Positions 1 to 10,615 of a stretch of 61,298 nucleotides of DNA are shown one piece after another. A program made the position numbers and the translations under genes. The DNA is from Hugenholtzia roseola DSM 9546 (lineage in GTDB: Bacteria > Bacteroidota > Bacteroidia > Cytophagales > Bernardetiaceae). Within the stretch, counting starts at the first letter, position 1, and each line of letters begins with the position of its first letter. The stretch is taken from contig NZ_KE383880.1 of assembly GCF_000422585.1 (NCBI RefSeq), forward strand, positions 128,001 to 189,298, given 5' to 3'. The notes below the pieces were generated by a model, which had not been told where the DNA came from, ran no database searches, and saw only the letters and a program-made list of their open reading frames with translations.

Positions 1-387
1 GTGCGACATACGCGCCTCAAGCTGCTGTGCAATGTTTTCACCCACCAAACGCGCGTCTAATTCAGGGCGTTTGATTTCGAAAATGTTGATTTGAATATCC
101 TTTGAAGTAAGTTTTTGAAGCTCATTTTTCAAAGCCTCTACCTCTTTGCCTTCACGACCGATAACAACGCCAGGGCGCGAGGTGTGAATGGTAATGGTTA
201 CACGCTTCAAAGTACGCTCGATAACAATCTTAGAGATGCTACCACGTGGGATACGAGTACGAATATATTTGCGAATCTTTTCGTCTTCTACCAACTTATC
301 GCCAAAATTCTTACCCCCGTACCAGCTCGACTCCCAGCCTCTGACGATGCCCAGGCGAAGTCCTATCGGATTTACTTTTTGTCCCAT
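1..387 (-). CDS. rpsC: 30S ribosomal protein S3, N-terminal part only; the gene runs off the window start
   Basis: Minus-strand ATG at 385-387. Translating gives [24 protein letters not shown]..., a typical S3 N-terminus with KH domain. It lies 5 bp downstream of the rplV stop, in the canonical gene order. Confidence 0.85.
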   Translation of the reverse strand, partial: MGQKVNPIGLRLGIVRGWESSWYGGKNFGDKLVEDEKIRKYIRTRIPRGSISKIVIERTLKRVTITIHTSRPGVVIGREGKEVEALKNELQKLTSKDIQINIFEIKRPELDARLVGENIAQQLEARMSH

Positions 388-392
388 GTTGC

Positions 393-845
393 TTAGTTGT
401 TTTTAGAGTTTTGGTCTGATTCTAATTTTGAAGCGGCATCTTCTACTTGCGTAGCGGCTTCATTTAAAATTTTCTCCGTCATAGAAGAAAGCGAAGTAGC
501 TCCTTCTTTTGGCACATCAACAACGAGCGTAACATGGTTGGAGCATTTGAGGATACGGTGTGCGCGTCCTTGTGGAGCGGGCTGAATACGCTTGAGCATT
601 TTACCACCATCTACAAAAACACGACTTACGATAAGATTGCCAATTTCTGAGGTGTCTTCATTTTTTGCCTCCCAATTAGCGACTGCTGAAAGGAGCAATT
701 TAGACATATAGCTGGCACCGATTTTACGCTCGAATTTGAGCATATCGAGGGCTTTGCTTACTTTCTGCCCACGAATCATATCGGCGACCAGACGCATTTT
801 GCGAGGCGACATGCGCACGTTTCGCAACTTAGCTACTGCTTCCAT
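393..845 (-). CDS. rplV: 50S ribosomal protein L22 with a C-terminal extension
   Basis: ORF-track protein [29 protein letters not shown]... matches the L22 family. It sits between rpsS and rpsC. Confidence 0.9.
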   Translation of the reverse strand: MEAVAKLRNVRMSPRKMRLVADMIRGQKVSKALDMLKFERKIGASYMSKLLLSAVANWEAKNEDTSEIGNLIVSRVFVDGGKMLKRIQPAPQGRAHRILKCSNHVTLVVDVPKEGATSLSSMTEKILNEAATQVEDAASKLESDQNSKNN

Positions 846-914
846 ATTGTAATGAAATAATTAAAGCCTTACAAAAGATTAGAGAACGAGGTCGTCAAGA
901 CGTGTCAGGGGCGA

Positions 915-1196
915 TTAACGCTTGCCTTTCTTGTCTTTTTTCGCGATATGACCTCTAAAGTTGCGCGTAGGCGCAAATTCGCCTAAACGGTGTCCGACCA
1001 TGTTGTCGGTAACATAGACGGGGATAAACTTATTGCCGTTATGGACGGCAAAAGTATGTCCGATAAAATCAGGCGCAATCATCGAGCGGCGCGACCAAGT
1101 TTTGATAACCCCTTTTTTGCCAGAGGCTTCCATGGCAGCGACTTTGGCTGCTAATTTGGCATCAATATAAGGACCTTTACGGAGTGAACGAGCCAT
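915..1196 (-). CDS. rpsS: 30S ribosomal protein S19
   Basis: 93 aa: [12 protein letters not shown]...[37 protein letters not shown], the S19 signature. Confidence 0.95.
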   Translation of the reverse strand: MARSLRKGPYIDAKLAAKVAAMEASGKKGVIKTWSRRSMIAPDFIGHTFAVHNGNKFIPVYVTDNMVGHRLGEFAPTRNFRGHIAKKDKKGKR

Positions 1197-1203
1197 AGAT
1201 TAC

Positions 1204-2028
1204 TTATTTGTTACGTTTGCTAATGATGTACTTGTTAGAATGTTTAGTACGGCTACGGGTCTTCTTACCTTTTGAGTACAAGCCCTTGCGTGAGCGAGGG
1301 TGTCCGCCAGAAGAACGACCTTCACCACCACCCATAGGGTGGTCAACGGGGTTCATCGCTACGCCACGAACGCGCGGACGATTACCCAACCAGCGGTTAC
1401 GACCTGCTTTCCCTACCTGAACGTTCAAGTGGTCTGCATTCGAAACCGAACCAACAGTAGCATAACAAATAGCCAATACCATGCGCGTTTCGCCAGAAGG
1501 CAATTTCAAGATGGCATATTTGCCGTCACGCGCAACAAGCTGTGCATACGCTCCTGCACTACGCGCCATCACACCGCCACCGTTAGGGCGCATCTCGATG
1601 TTATGAACGATAGTACCTAATGGGATTTCGCTCATCGGTAGGGCATTGCCTACTTCAGGGGCGATTCCCGAACCCGACAACAGGGTCTGTCCTGCTTGTA
1701 AGCCTTGTGGCGCGATAATATAACGCTTCTCGCCGTCGGCATAGTAAAGCAAAGCCAAACGCGCAGTGCGGATTGGGTCGTATTCGATGGCTTTCACCGT
1801 AGCGGGAACGCCATGCTTGTCGCGTTTGAAGTCGATGACACGGTAGCGTTTTTTATGACCTCCGCCGCGATTGCGGACGGTCATTTTACCTTGCTCGTTT
1901 CTACCGCCTGTTCTTTTGTAAGGAGCTAAGAGCGATTTTTCGGGCGTTCCCTTCGTGATTTCGTCGAAAGAAGGTGCAATGCGAAAACGCGAACTTGGCG
2001 TTACAGGTTTGAGTTTTTTAACTGCCAT
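1204..2028 (-). CDS. rplB: 50S ribosomal protein L2
   Basis: ORF 1204..2070 contains [16 protein letters not shown]... from the internal Met at 2026-2028, a typical L2 start. The C-terminus [17 protein letters not shown] fits L2. Confidence 0.95.
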   Translation of the reverse strand: MAVKKLKPVTPSSRFRIAPSFDEITKGTPEKSLLAPYKRTGGRNEQGKMTVRNRGGGHKKRYRVIDFKRDKHGVPATVKAIEYDPIRTARLALLYYADGEKRYIIAPQGLQAGQTLLSGSGIAPEVGNALPMSEIPLGTIVHNIEMRPNGGGVMARSAGAYAQLVARDGKYAILKLPSGETRMVLAICYATVGSVSNADHLNVQVGKAGRNRWLGNRPRVRGVAMNPVDHPMGGGEGRSSGGHPRSRKGLYSKGKKTRSRTKHSNKYIISKRNK

Positions 2029-2207
2029 AAAACAGAAATAGATTAGTGCGCCTACGGCTTTTCCGCACAATTCCTGCCCTTTGCTCTACGGGCAAGGGCT
2101 TTGCTGCACGCTAACTGCACAATAGGCTGCGATTTTGATTAAAAATCAAATAAAGAGAGAAAGCGTAAGGGACAAAGGCGGACAAGTTGCCGCCCCGTCG
2201 GGAAAGG

Positions 2208-2513
2208 TTAGCCTTGCGCCTGTGCTTCGTCGTAGATGTCAATCATCTGACCTTCGGCTAATTGGACGAAGGCTTTTTTGTAGGTCGCGGTGCGCCCTAC
2301 AGAAACTCCTGACTTGGTCTGACGAAACTTAGGCTTTCCAATGATAATGGCTGTGCGTACCGCCTTTACTTCCACGTCGGGAAACATGGCTTCTACGGCA
2401 GCCTTAATCTGGGGCTTAGTCGCTTTCTTATTCACAACGAAGGCATATACGCCTTGTTCGTTGAGCTTGGTAGCCTTTTCGGTGATGAGTGGCTTTTGAA
2501 GTATATTTTTCAT
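2208..2513 (-). CDS. rplW: 50S ribosomal protein L23
   Basis: 101 aa MKNILQKPLITEKATKLNEQGVYAFVV..., L23 family. Operon position is between rplD and rplB. Confidence 0.9.
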   Translation of the reverse strand: MKNILQKPLITEKATKLNEQGVYAFVVNKKATKPQIKAAVEAMFPDVEVKAVRTAIIIGKPKFRQTKSGVSVGRTATYKKAFVQLAEGQMIDIYDEAQAQG

Positions 2514-2579
2514 AAGAATTACAGAAGAAAGGGCAGCCTTACCGCCTTGCAGGGCAGAGCGCGTAAGTCTGCAAGATGG

Positions 2580-3197
2580 TTAGGCGTTGATTTTTTCCAA
2601 AGAGCTTTCTGCCAAAATAATCGTATCGGCATTGACGATATGATAGGTAGAGATTTCGTCTAAGGTAATCACTTTTGCCTTCGGAAGGTTGCGTGCCGAA
2701 AGGTAGAGATTGCTATTGGCAGAGCCTAAGATGAGCAAAGTCTTTTGCCCGCCTGCGTTCAGGTTTTGCAAAAACTGCTCGTAGGCTTTGGTTTTAGGCG
2801 CGTCCATTTGGAAATCTTCTAAGACAACAAGCTTGTTTTCTTTCGCTTTATAGCTCAAAGCCGACTTGCGGGCTAATTGCTTTACTTTTCTATTGAGTTT
2901 GAAAGAATAGTCGCGAGGTTCGGGTCCGAAGATACGACCACCACCGCGAATGGTAGGCGACTTGATGCTACCTGCACGCGCACCGCCTGTACCTTTTTGG
3001 CGTTTGATTTTGCGCGTAGAGCCAGAAACTTCGCCTCTGTGCTTGGCTTTGTGCGTACCCTGACGCTGATTTGCCAAGTATTGCTTTACGTCTAAATAGA
3101 TGGCATGGTCGTTTGGCTCGATGGCAAAGACAGCATCATTCAATTCCGCTTGTCTGCCGGTTTCTTTGCCTTCTTTATTTAAAATGGAGAGTTGCAT
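2580..3197 (-). CDS. rplD: 50S ribosomal protein L4
   Basis: ORF 2580..3230. The likely start is the internal Met at 3195-3197 (MQLSILNKEGKETG...). The L4/L1e family motif ...GGGRIFGPEPRDY... is present. Confidence 0.9.
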   Translation of the reverse strand: MQLSILNKEGKETGRQAELNDAVFAIEPNDHAIYLDVKQYLANQRQGTHKAKHRGEVSGSTRKIKRQKGTGGARAGSIKSPTIRGGGRIFGPEPRDYSFKLNRKVKQLARKSALSYKAKENKLVVLEDFQMDAPKTKAYEQFLQNLNAGGQKTLLILGSANSNLYLSARNLPKAKVITLDEISTYHIVNADTIILAESSLEKINA

Positions 3198-3296
3198 GAT
3201 TCTTTTTCGTTGGAATGAGGGTGAAAACAAAACGCATCAAAAGGAGAGAGCTACCAAAAAAAGAAAATTCCCAAAGGGTCTCTTGCGGCTTGCTCG

Positions 3297-3932
3297 TTAT
3301 TTCTCAATGCGGACAAAAGAATTGATAGCACCAGGGATTGCACCTGCTACTACAATTAGATGTGATTCAGGAATCACTTTCATCACACGCAAGTTCTTGA
3401 CCTTGACACGTTTTCCGCCCATACGACCCGCCATGCGCTGTCCTTTGAAGACGCGCGAAGGGAAAGACGAAGCACCTACCGAACCGGGCGCACGCATACG
3501 GTTGTGCTGACCGTGAGTACTCTGCCCCACACCGCCAAAGCCATGACGCTTCACTACGCCTTGAAAGCCTTTGCCTTTGCTTGTACCGATAACATCTACG
3601 AAGTCGCCTTCGGCGAAGAAGTCGGAAGCGGTAACTTCCTGTCCTAATTCGAAGGTACGCTCGGCGGCGGCACGCATGGCTTTAAATTCTGCCACCTTGC
3701 GCTTAGGGGTAGTACCTGCTTTTTTGAAGTGTCCTTTCATTGCTTCGGGCGTGTTTTTCTCTTTGGCTTCACCAAAGGCGAGCTGAACCGCGCGATAGCC
3801 ATCTGTGTCTTCTGACTTTACTTGTGTAACCACACAAGGACCAGCTTGTATAACTGTGCATGCGAGATTGCGTCCATCGGCACCAAATACGCTAGTCATT
3901 CCTATTTTTTTCCCAATTAAACCTAATGGCAT
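3297..3932 (-). CDS. rplC: 50S ribosomal protein L3
   Basis: 211 aa [21 protein letters not shown]..., the canonical L3 N-terminus. Confidence 0.95.
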   Translation of the reverse strand: MPLGLIGKKIGMTSVFGADGRNLACTVIQAGPCVVTQVKSEDTDGYRAVQLAFGEAKEKNTPEAMKGHFKKAGTTPKRKVAEFKAMRAAAERTFELGQEVTASDFFAEGDFVDVIGTSKGKGFQGVVKRHGFGGVGQSTHGQHNRMRAPGSVGASSFPSRVFKGQRMAGRMGGKRVKVKNLRVMKVIPESHLIVVAGAIPGAINSFVRIEK

Positions 3933-4407
3933 GGTTTTGAATGGTTTTACTAATAAGTCAATTTGTTTGTACCCTCTTTTTCGCTTCTGCGTCTTATCAA
4001 ACTAAGAAAACACAAAAAGAGAAAGTACGCTTTTTCCAGCTTTCTGAAAAAAGAGCAAATCGCTTATTCTATCTGTGGTAAAATGATTTTGAAAGCCTTA
4101 GCGAGGCTACTTTGGAAGTAGGCTATTTTCTATGCACAATAAAATAAAGCACCTTGCAGTCTATTTTTCAAATAGTACCTAATCAAGATGCTCCATTTTC
4201 GCCTTTTAAAAGCCTATAATTAGCTCAAAATAAGGGACAAGAGAAGGGCTACCTCTTCTAAGGGACTGCAAAGTTAGGCATTTGCTTTCATTCTACCAAA
4301 CCTTTGCCCAACTTTTCTGCCTTTTTTTCAGCAGGTTGTAAAAAAAAGTTCCCCTTGTCGGGATAAATTTGAGATAACAATTTGGCAGTGCTGTTTTCTA
4401 AAAAAAA

Positions 4408-6495
4408 CTACCATTTCAGACCCAAAATCAAAACGTCATCTATTTGGGCTTCGCCGCCCTGCTCACGCCAACTTTCGAAGGCTTGGTCTAAAAGGTGGGC
4501 TTGGGTAGTGAGCTTTTCTGTCGCAATTTCCTCTAATAATTTTTTAAGCCTTGCGATACCAAATTTTCGGTTGTTTTCGCCCCCAAATTGGTCTTGAAAG
4601 CCGTCGGAAAGGAGATAGAAAACAGTGGGCGAAGTCGTATCGATGCTTTTTTTGGTAAAAAGGCGTTCCTGCTCGCGCTGCTCGCCGCCGATAGGCATCT
4701 TGTCGCCTTTGAGCAAATGCAGCCCTGTATGATTGAAATAGAGAAGCGGATTTTTAGCTCCTGCAAATTCTATTTTTTGGGTCAGGGTATCTATGACTAT
4801 CAGACTCAAATCCATGCCGTCGCGATTGGCAGTATGAGCCTGTTGGAGAGCCTCTCGCACGCCTTTGTGGAGGGCGTTGAGAATCAGGTCGGGGCTTGTT
4901 TGGCGGTCTTGACGGACAATTTTGTGTAAAATTTCGTTGCCCAAAACGGTCATGAAAGCCCCCGAAACGCCATGTCCTGTGCAATCTATGGCGGCAACGA
5001 CGATTTTTTCGCCTACTTTTTCTACAAAATAAAAATCGCCTGAAACGATGTCGCGCGGCTTGAAAAGGATAAAAAATTCGGGCAATAGGCTTTCAATGGC
5101 TTCTCTTTTGGGCAGAAAAGCCTCCTGAATCCGTCTTGCGTAGTTGATGTTTTGCGTAATGTGCAGGTTTTGTTCTTCTAAGGCGCGTTTCTGTATTTGC
5201 AACTCTTGGGTGCGCTGCTCTACTTTTTCTTCCAAAACCAAATTTTGCTGGGCTATGATGCGGCGATTTTCCTCCGCAATCACTAATTTTTCGCGCTCGG
5301 CTTCTTTGCTGCGATAGCCCAAACCCAACGAAAAAACAATCAATTCTACCAAAACGCCCACCTGCACGACAACGCCATCAGTATCAGGATTGGCACTTGA
5401 AAAAATAACTTCTTTGAGAATTGCAAAAAATAGGGGCAGCGTCATTGCCAAATAGCCCAAGACGATATAAGTTGTCAAAACTTTGCTAACTTTCCACGTT
5501 GCGCCGATAAGCACCAAGCCGCCCAAAATATCTATCAGAAAAAGAACCTGAATCCCTGCATTTTCCAAAATGAGGCGAGGCGTGTCGTGATAATACAAAA
5601 GCGCAAGCACAATCGTAAGCAGGCGAAAATAGACCCAAAAGCGAAAATAGCGATTGAGTTGGGGTCTGATTTGTGGAATGTGTAAAAAATAGCGAATAAA
5701 TTGGGTGTAAAGCAAGGTTACAAAAAGTGCTGCAAAATTGGTAAAAACAGTGAGCAAGATAGGCTCTTCCCAAACAAAAAGAAAGGTATCTTCAAGCCCA
5801 ACGATTGCCATGCCCAAGATATAAAATGCGTAGTAAAAATAAGCCTTGTCGCGGACAATAAAAAAGAAGAAAAGATTATAGAAAAACATCAGCAGAAAAG
5901 CTCCCCGAAAAAATAGCTGTCGTCCTCGCTGTTGCGCTTGTTGTGCCAGAGCCACTTCGGGAATTTGAACGATAAAGCCTTCATTTTCAAGGTCTTGATA
6001 CGAATTTCGCGCCCTTAAAAGAAGCGTAAGGGTATCGGCAGCAGGAATTTCGAGCAACAGGGCAGGCGATTTGTCTTGCCAATTTCGCTTGGAAAGTGGC
6101 ACGTGCAGCCCCGTTTGGAGCGATTGCAAAACCTTTTGTTTGCTATCAAAAAGTAGGGCTTCGAGGCTATCAAAAGGGGGAACGGTGAGCAGATAGCGCG
6201 TTTGGGTAGGGTTTTGGTTGAGGAGTTTGATTTTAAAAAAATAAGAAACACGCGGTTTGAAGTGGGCAGGCAGGGTTTGATTTTTTGCCCAAAGGGAATC
6301 CTGCAAAAAATAGGCAGGCGAAAAATCTTGTAGCGCGGTGCTTTCATAAAAGGCTACCCAATCGGGCGCAAGCCGTTTTTCTAAGGGTGCATTTTTTTCT
6401 AAAATTAGCGTTTTTTCTTGCGCCCAAAGCGCATTCGAACCTAAAAATCCTACCAAAAAAATAAAAACATTGGCTAAAAAAATGCGAAAAGCCAT
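4408..6495 (-). CDS. 7TM receptor (7TMR-DISM-like extracellular domain plus multi-pass membrane region) fused to a SpoIIE/PP2C-type serine phosphatase
   Basis: ORF 4408..6663. A signal-peptide-like Met (MAFRIFLANVFIFLVGFLGSNALWAQEK) sits at 6493-6495. There are many hydrophobic helices in the middle, then a coiled coil. The C-terminus carries NINYARRIQEAFLP, DIVSGDFYF and AAIDCTGHGVSGAFM, hallmarks of the SpoIIE/PP2C phosphatase domain. Confidence 0.8.
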   Translation of the reverse strand: MAFRIFLANVFIFLVGFLGSNALWAQEKTLILEKNAPLEKRLAPDWVAFYESTALQDFSPAYFLQDSLWAKNQTLPAHFKPRVSYFFKIKLLNQNPTQTRYLLTVPPFDSLEALLFDSKQKVLQSLQTGLHVPLSKRNWQDKSPALLLEIPAADTLTLLLRARNSYQDLENEGFIVQIPEVALAQQAQQRGRQLFFRGAFLLMFFYNLFFFFIVRDKAYFYYAFYILGMAIVGLEDTFLFVWEEPILLTVFTNFAALFVTLLYTQFIRYFLHIPQIRPQLNRYFRFWVYFRLLTIVLALLYYHDTPRLILENAGIQVLFLIDILGGLVLIGATWKVSKVLTTYIVLGYLAMTLPLFFAILKEVIFSSANPDTDGVVVQVGVLVELIVFSLGLGYRSKEAEREKLVIAEENRRIIAQQNLVLEEKVEQRTQELQIQKRALEEQNLHITQNINYARRIQEAFLPKREAIESLLPEFFILFKPRDIVSGDFYFVEKVGEKIVVAAIDCTGHGVSGAFMTVLGNEILHKIVRQDRQTSPDLILNALHKGVREALQQAHTANRDGMDLSLIVIDTLTQKIEFAGAKNPLLYFNHTGLHLLKGDKMPIGGEQREQERLFTKKSIDTTSPTVFYLLSDGFQDQFGGENNRKFGIARLKKLLEEIATEKLTTQAHLLDQAFESWREQGGEAQIDDVLILGLKW

Positions 6496-6659
6496 TTCAG
6501 ACACAAACTTTTTGGTATCTAAAAAATGGCTTCTCTGAAAATAGCTCTCCTGCCGCATGCGCTTTATTTGTTGTCTTTTTTTGTTTTGTAAAAAACGCAA
6601 GGTAGCCATCTTTCGCTGCAAAAGCAAATTTGCGGCATCGAGGATTTTCCAACAGCTTT

Positions 6660-7319
6660 TCAAAAATCTTTGCCTTGCGAAAAATAATCTGCTCCCCCTT
6701 CCTGCGGCTCTATGGCGATAAGACGCGCCAAGGTCATCTTGACCAAAATGGCGGAGGCTTCGGGTATGGAAATGGCGGCAAGTTTGGCGAAATTTTCTAC
6801 ATTGATGCGCTTATGACTCCCCAAATATTTGAGTAGCCACTGCTCTTTTTCGCCATAATTGACAAAGGTATCTTTGGGATTGCTTTCGGCTTTCAAAATC
6901 TTGCGCATCTCACGACTGGCTTGTAGGCTTTTATCCAAACTGCGAATGTAGGCGCGACCGATTTTGCCCTTCGAGTCGTGCAAGAGAAAGACGGGCTTTT
7001 GGGTGTGGGGTTTGATGTCGAAGACCAAGACCTCTTTTCCCTCTGTGCGCGGCACTTCGATTCGATGGAGTTGGTATTCTATCTGCGGCTTGCAAAACTT
7101 TTGCAGGGTAGTGGCAAGTGCGTAAAGTTCCTCGTCGGGGTGTTTGAGTCCATTGATAGTGCCATCATCGGAAACGCCAATAATAAGTTTGCCACCTTTG
7201 GTATTGGCAAAGGCAACGGCTTCACGCGCAATTTTATGCGGATAATAGACTTTGCGTTTAAATTCTATTTCCAAACCTTCGCCTTGTGCAACAAAACGGC
7301 GTAGTTCTTTGAAGGTCAT
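6660..7319 (-). CDS. AlbA_2 (divergent AAA-4 / Schlafen-like) putative DNA-binding domain protein
   Basis: N-terminal ELRRFVAQGEGLEIEFKRKV...REAVAFANTKGGKLIIGVSDDGTINGL is the typical AlbA_2 motif set. Confidence 0.55.
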   Translation of the reverse strand: MTFKELRRFVAQGEGLEIEFKRKVYYPHKIAREAVAFANTKGGKLIIGVSDDGTINGLKHPDEELYALATTLQKFCKPQIEYQLHRIEVPRTEGKEVLVFDIKPHTQKPVFLLHDSKGKIGRAYIRSLDKSLQASREMRKILKAESNPKDTFVNYGEKEQWLLKYLGSHKRINVENFAKLAAISIPEASAILVKMTLARLIAIEPQEGGADYFSQGKDF

Positions 7320-7381
7320 GGGTGCAAAGGATTTGAGTGGGCAAAAGGGCGATACCGAAGTAGTCTTTTTTAGGTAGGGGC

Positions 7382-7963
7382 TTATAGGTCGGAAACGACA
7401 TAGAGGCTATCTAAGTTCCGTCCGTAGCCATCATAGTCCAGACCGTAGCCGACGACAAATTGGTTTTCAATTTCAAAGCCTACATATTTGACTGAAATAT
7501 CGTGCTGCAAGGCAGTAGGTTTGACCAAAAGGGCAGCAATTTCAACATCTTCTACGCCTTTTTCGCGCAGATAAGCCAAAATCTTGACCATCGTATTGCC
7601 CGTATCTACAATGTCTTCTATCACCACGACGCGGCGATTGCTTAGGTTTTCATTCAAACCAATTAGCTCCTGCACCACACCGCTGCTCTGCATCTTATCC
7701 TGATAGGAGGCATATTTGACAAAAGAAAAGTGGCAGGGAATGGCGATATAGCGCACCAAATCGGCAGCAAAAACAAAGGAACCGTTTAGCACGCCAATAA
7801 AAAGCGGCAAATCGTTTTGATAATCCGCCTCTATGCGTTTTCCCAAATGCGCCAAACGCTGGGCAATCGCCTCTTTGGAAAGTAGGGGCTTGAAATAACG
7901 GTCTTTGACCAAAATAGGCGCGGCGTGGTCGGCAGGGTCGGACGAGGCAGTAGAAAGCGTCAT
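7382..7963 (-). CDS. hpt: hypoxanthine-guanine phosphoribosyltransferase
   Basis: PRPP-binding motif VVVIEDIVDTGNTM. Overall length and similarity fit HPRT. The ORF track begins at 7999; the internal Met at 7963 is an equally plausible start. Confidence 0.85.
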   Translation of the reverse strand: MTLSTASSDPADHAAPILVKDRYFKPLLSKEAIAQRLAHLGKRIEADYQNDLPLFIGVLNGSFVFAADLVRYIAIPCHFSFVKYASYQDKMQSSGVVQELIGLNENLSNRRVVVIEDIVDTGNTMVKILAYLREKGVEDVEIAALLVKPTALQHDISVKYVGFEIENQFVVGYGLDYDGYGRNLDSLYVVSDL

Positions 7964-8355
7964 GGGCAGAAAGGCGTTTTGTTTTTTTAGAAACAACAAA
8001 AAAAAGGCTTTTTCTGTTTAATTCAAAATCTTGACAAAAAAAGCACCCCAAACAAGCAAAATCCGCCAACAAACGACGAAAAAGTAAGTAGGATTTACTT
8101 AGCCGACTTAATAGAATCAAAGGGCTATTTTATCGAAAATAAACGCCTTTTGAAGGGCTGTGGCGCAACTTTTGGTAAGAAGGATAACAAAAAAAGCGAC
8201 CTTATTGTCTTCTATCCGAAAAAGACATAAAGCCAAAATCTTACATGCCTTTTTTTTCCTTTTGGCAGCAAAGCGACAATTTTACCAAATATTCTCTTGT
8301 TTGTTTGGTAGAAAAAAATTATCTTTGATTAGGAATAAAACCCCATTCGCCCTGC

Positions 8356-10347
8356 TTGGCTTTCCGAAAAGCCTTTTCAAACTATTCATCTTTTGTCTTC
8401 TCTCTCATGACGCGCATCAAGCCCTCGATTTTGGAACTATTGGAAAAGGAAGAGTCCATTTTTTTGAAAATGGATAAATATACGGAGGTGAAAGAAATCA
8501 TCACAACCGACCCCCTTTTCAAAGCCACCTCTTGGGCAGGCTACCGCTTTTTGGCGCAAATGCCCCCTGAATTAGAGCCTATTATCGCCGAATTGGTCTT
8601 CAAGACCATACAAAAGCAAACCCTACAAAGCCTCACACTCAACCAGACGCTGCACCCTTTGTTGCCTTTTTCTATCAAAATTAAGTTCTTTCCTACCGAT
8701 AAAAATACCATAGGCGCAACCCTAACACGATACAAAGAAGATTATATCGCCACTAAATTTTACGAGCGCGTGCCTGTCATGACGCTTTATCTAAATGAAA
8801 CCGACGAGGTAATTTGGGCAAATCAGCAGTTTTATAGGAAAGCAGCCTTCGAGCCTACGCAACTTATTTCAGAAAATGCACGTGATTTTTTGAAAATAAA
8901 TCCCAAAATCTTACAACATGATGCCTTAGCCATCAAAGAGCCGCACCTGCGCACAGAATACAAACTTTTAAAAGGCGATGGAGGCTTTTTGCACGTTATC
9001 CTGACGGCAACGCGCCAATACGACGACGAAGGGCGATTTATTTGTACGGTAGTGGTTTTGCGCGATATTACCGAAATGAAGCTCACCCAAATAGAATTAG
9101 AGTACCAAAAACTTTCTATTGATGAGGCGGCGATTGTGGCGGCTACTGATGCAAAAGGCGATATTATTTATGTCAATAACAAATTTTGTAAGATATCGAA
9201 ATATTCGCGCGAAGAACTGATTGGGCAAAATCACCGCTTGCTCAAATCGGGCTATCATGAGCCTTCTTTTTTTGTAGAGATGTGGAAAACTATCGCTTCG
9301 GGCAAGGTCTGGCGCGGCGAAGTCTGCAACAAAGCCAAAGACGGTTCGCTATATTGGGTCTATACGACGATTATCCCCTTTTTAGACGAAAAAGGAAAGC
9401 CCTACCGCTATCAGTCTATCCGCTTCGAAATTACGAAAAGAAAAGAATTAGAGGACGAAATCAAACACTATACCGAGCATCTGGAAGAAGTAGTAGAGGA
9501 GCGCACACAGGAATTAAAGTTCAAAAGCGATTTGCTTTTTGAAATGAATGAAGAACTGCTGTCGCAAAACGAAAGATTAGAAACTAAAAATAAGTACATT
9601 CAACAAAGCATCAACTATGCCCAACGCATACAAGATGCGATTTTACCCAAAGAGGCACATCTGCCTGCTTTTGTCAAAGATTACTTCCTGCTTTATCAGC
9701 CAAAGGACATTGTTTCGGGCGATTTTTATTGGTGGTATCAAGATGCAGAAACACAGCGTTTTGTGTGGGTCATTGCCGACTGCACAGGGCATGGCGTACC
9801 CGGTGCTTTTATGTCTATGATTGGCATGACGCTTTTAGATGAAATTGTCAAGACCAAAAATATCTTTGCGCCTGCCGAAATTCTCAATCAGATGCGCGTA
9901 GAAATTGGGCGAGCCTTGCAGCAGGATATTACACAAAATCGCGACGGCATGGATATGAGCGTAGTCTGTTTTGAGGGAAAGACCCAAAAAATCCACTTTG
10001 CAGGAGCGCGAAACCCCATTTTATTGATTCAACAAGGGCGTTCTTATTGGCTAAAAGGCGATAAAATGAGCATTGGAGGCAGACTGGTGCGCAACGAACC
10101 TTTCCAAGAACAGACCTTTGATTGGCTCGAAGACACACAAATCTATGCCTTTTCAGATGGCTACGCCGACCAGTTCGGCGGCGAAGACCTGCGCAAATTT
10201 TTGAGTGCCAATTTCCGTAGCCTGCTTCTTTCGCAAGCGCACCTCCCTATGAGCGAACAGAAAGCCGCTATCCAAGCCGCCCACAAAGCATGGAAAGCAG
10301 GGCAAGACCAAATCGACGACATCTTAGTGATGGGCTTGCGGGTGTGA
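8356..10347 (+). CDS. PAS/PAC sensor fused to a SpoIIE/PP2C-type serine phosphatase
   Basis: Two PAS-like blocks (for example IIYVNNKFCKISKYSREELIGQNHRLLKSGYH...GEVCNKAKDGSLYWVYTTIIPFLDEKGKPYRYQSIRFEITKRK). Then a coiled coil, then SINYAQRIQDAILP, DIVSGDFYWW, ADCTGHGVPGAFMSMIG and SDGYADQFGG. The start is ambiguous between 8356, 8407 and 8470. Confidence 0.8.
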   Translation: MAFRKAFSNYSSFVFSLMTRIKPSILELLEKEESIFLKMDKYTEVKEIITTDPLFKATSWAGYRFLAQMPPELEPIIAELVFKTIQKQTLQSLTLNQTLHPLLPFSIKIKFFPTDKNTIGATLTRYKEDYIATKFYERVPVMTLYLNETDEVIWANQQFYRKAAFEPTQLISENARDFLKINPKILQHDALAIKEPHLRTEYKLLKGDGGFLHVILTATRQYDDEGRFICTVVVLRDITEMKLTQIELEYQKLSIDEAAIVAATDAKGDIIYVNNKFCKISKYSREELIGQNHRLLKSGYHEPSFFVEMWKTIASGKVWRGEVCNKAKDGSLYWVYTTIIPFLDEKGKPYRYQSIRFEITKRKELEDEIKHYTEHLEEVVEERTQELKFKSDLLFEMNEELLSQNERLETKNKYIQQSINYAQRIQDAILPKEAHLPAFVKDYFLLYQPKDIVSGDFYWWYQDAETQRFVWVIADCTGHGVPGAFMSMIGMTLLDEIVKTKNIFAPAEILNQMRVEIGRALQQDITQNRDGMDMSVVCFEGKTQKIHFAGARNPILLIQQGRSYWLKGDKMSIGGRLVRNEPFQEQTFDWLEDTQIYAFSDGYADQFGGEDLRKFLSANFRSLLLSQAHLPMSEQKAAIQAAHKAWKAGQDQIDDILVMGLRV

Positions 10348-10530
10348 GGAGGGAGTTTGTAAATGGTTTATGCCACAAAAATTTTCTTTGCTTTTTTCTA
10401 AAAGCCTTGTGAGGTGATGCCAAACCTTGCGAGGTTTTTACTTTTTCAGACAGGAAGGATTTTCTAAAAATTTCCTCTACTAACAAGTACACAAAAAAAG
10501 TGCCTTGTAGCAAGCTACAAGGCACTTTTG

Positions 10531-10615
10531 CAGAGAGAGAGGGATTCGAACCCCCGGTACCTTTCAGTACAACGGTTTTCAAGACCGCCGCTTTAAACCA
10601 CTCAGCCATCTCTCT
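10531..10615 (-). tRNA. tRNA-Ser (anticodon UGA) with a long variable arm
   Basis: Reverse complement reads AGAGAGA-TG-GCTGAGTGGTTTAAAGC-G-GCGGT CTTGAAA ACCGT-TGTACTGAAAGGTACC-GGGGG TTCGAAT CCCTC-TCTCTCT-G. It has a 7-bp acceptor, 3-bp D-stem, anticodon loop CTTGAAA, 16-nt variable arm and T-loop TTCGAAT. Confidence 0.8.

Noticed and set aside
115-396. Plus-strand 93-aa ORF opposite rpsC
   Set aside because: It is antisense to a well-supported ribosomal protein S3 reading frame. It has no family resemblance.
3933-4407. Possible rpsJ (S10) gene upstream of rplC
   Set aside because: Six-frame inspection of the 475-bp spacer shows no ORF that could encode the roughly 100-aa S10 protein. The absence is reported as a finding instead.
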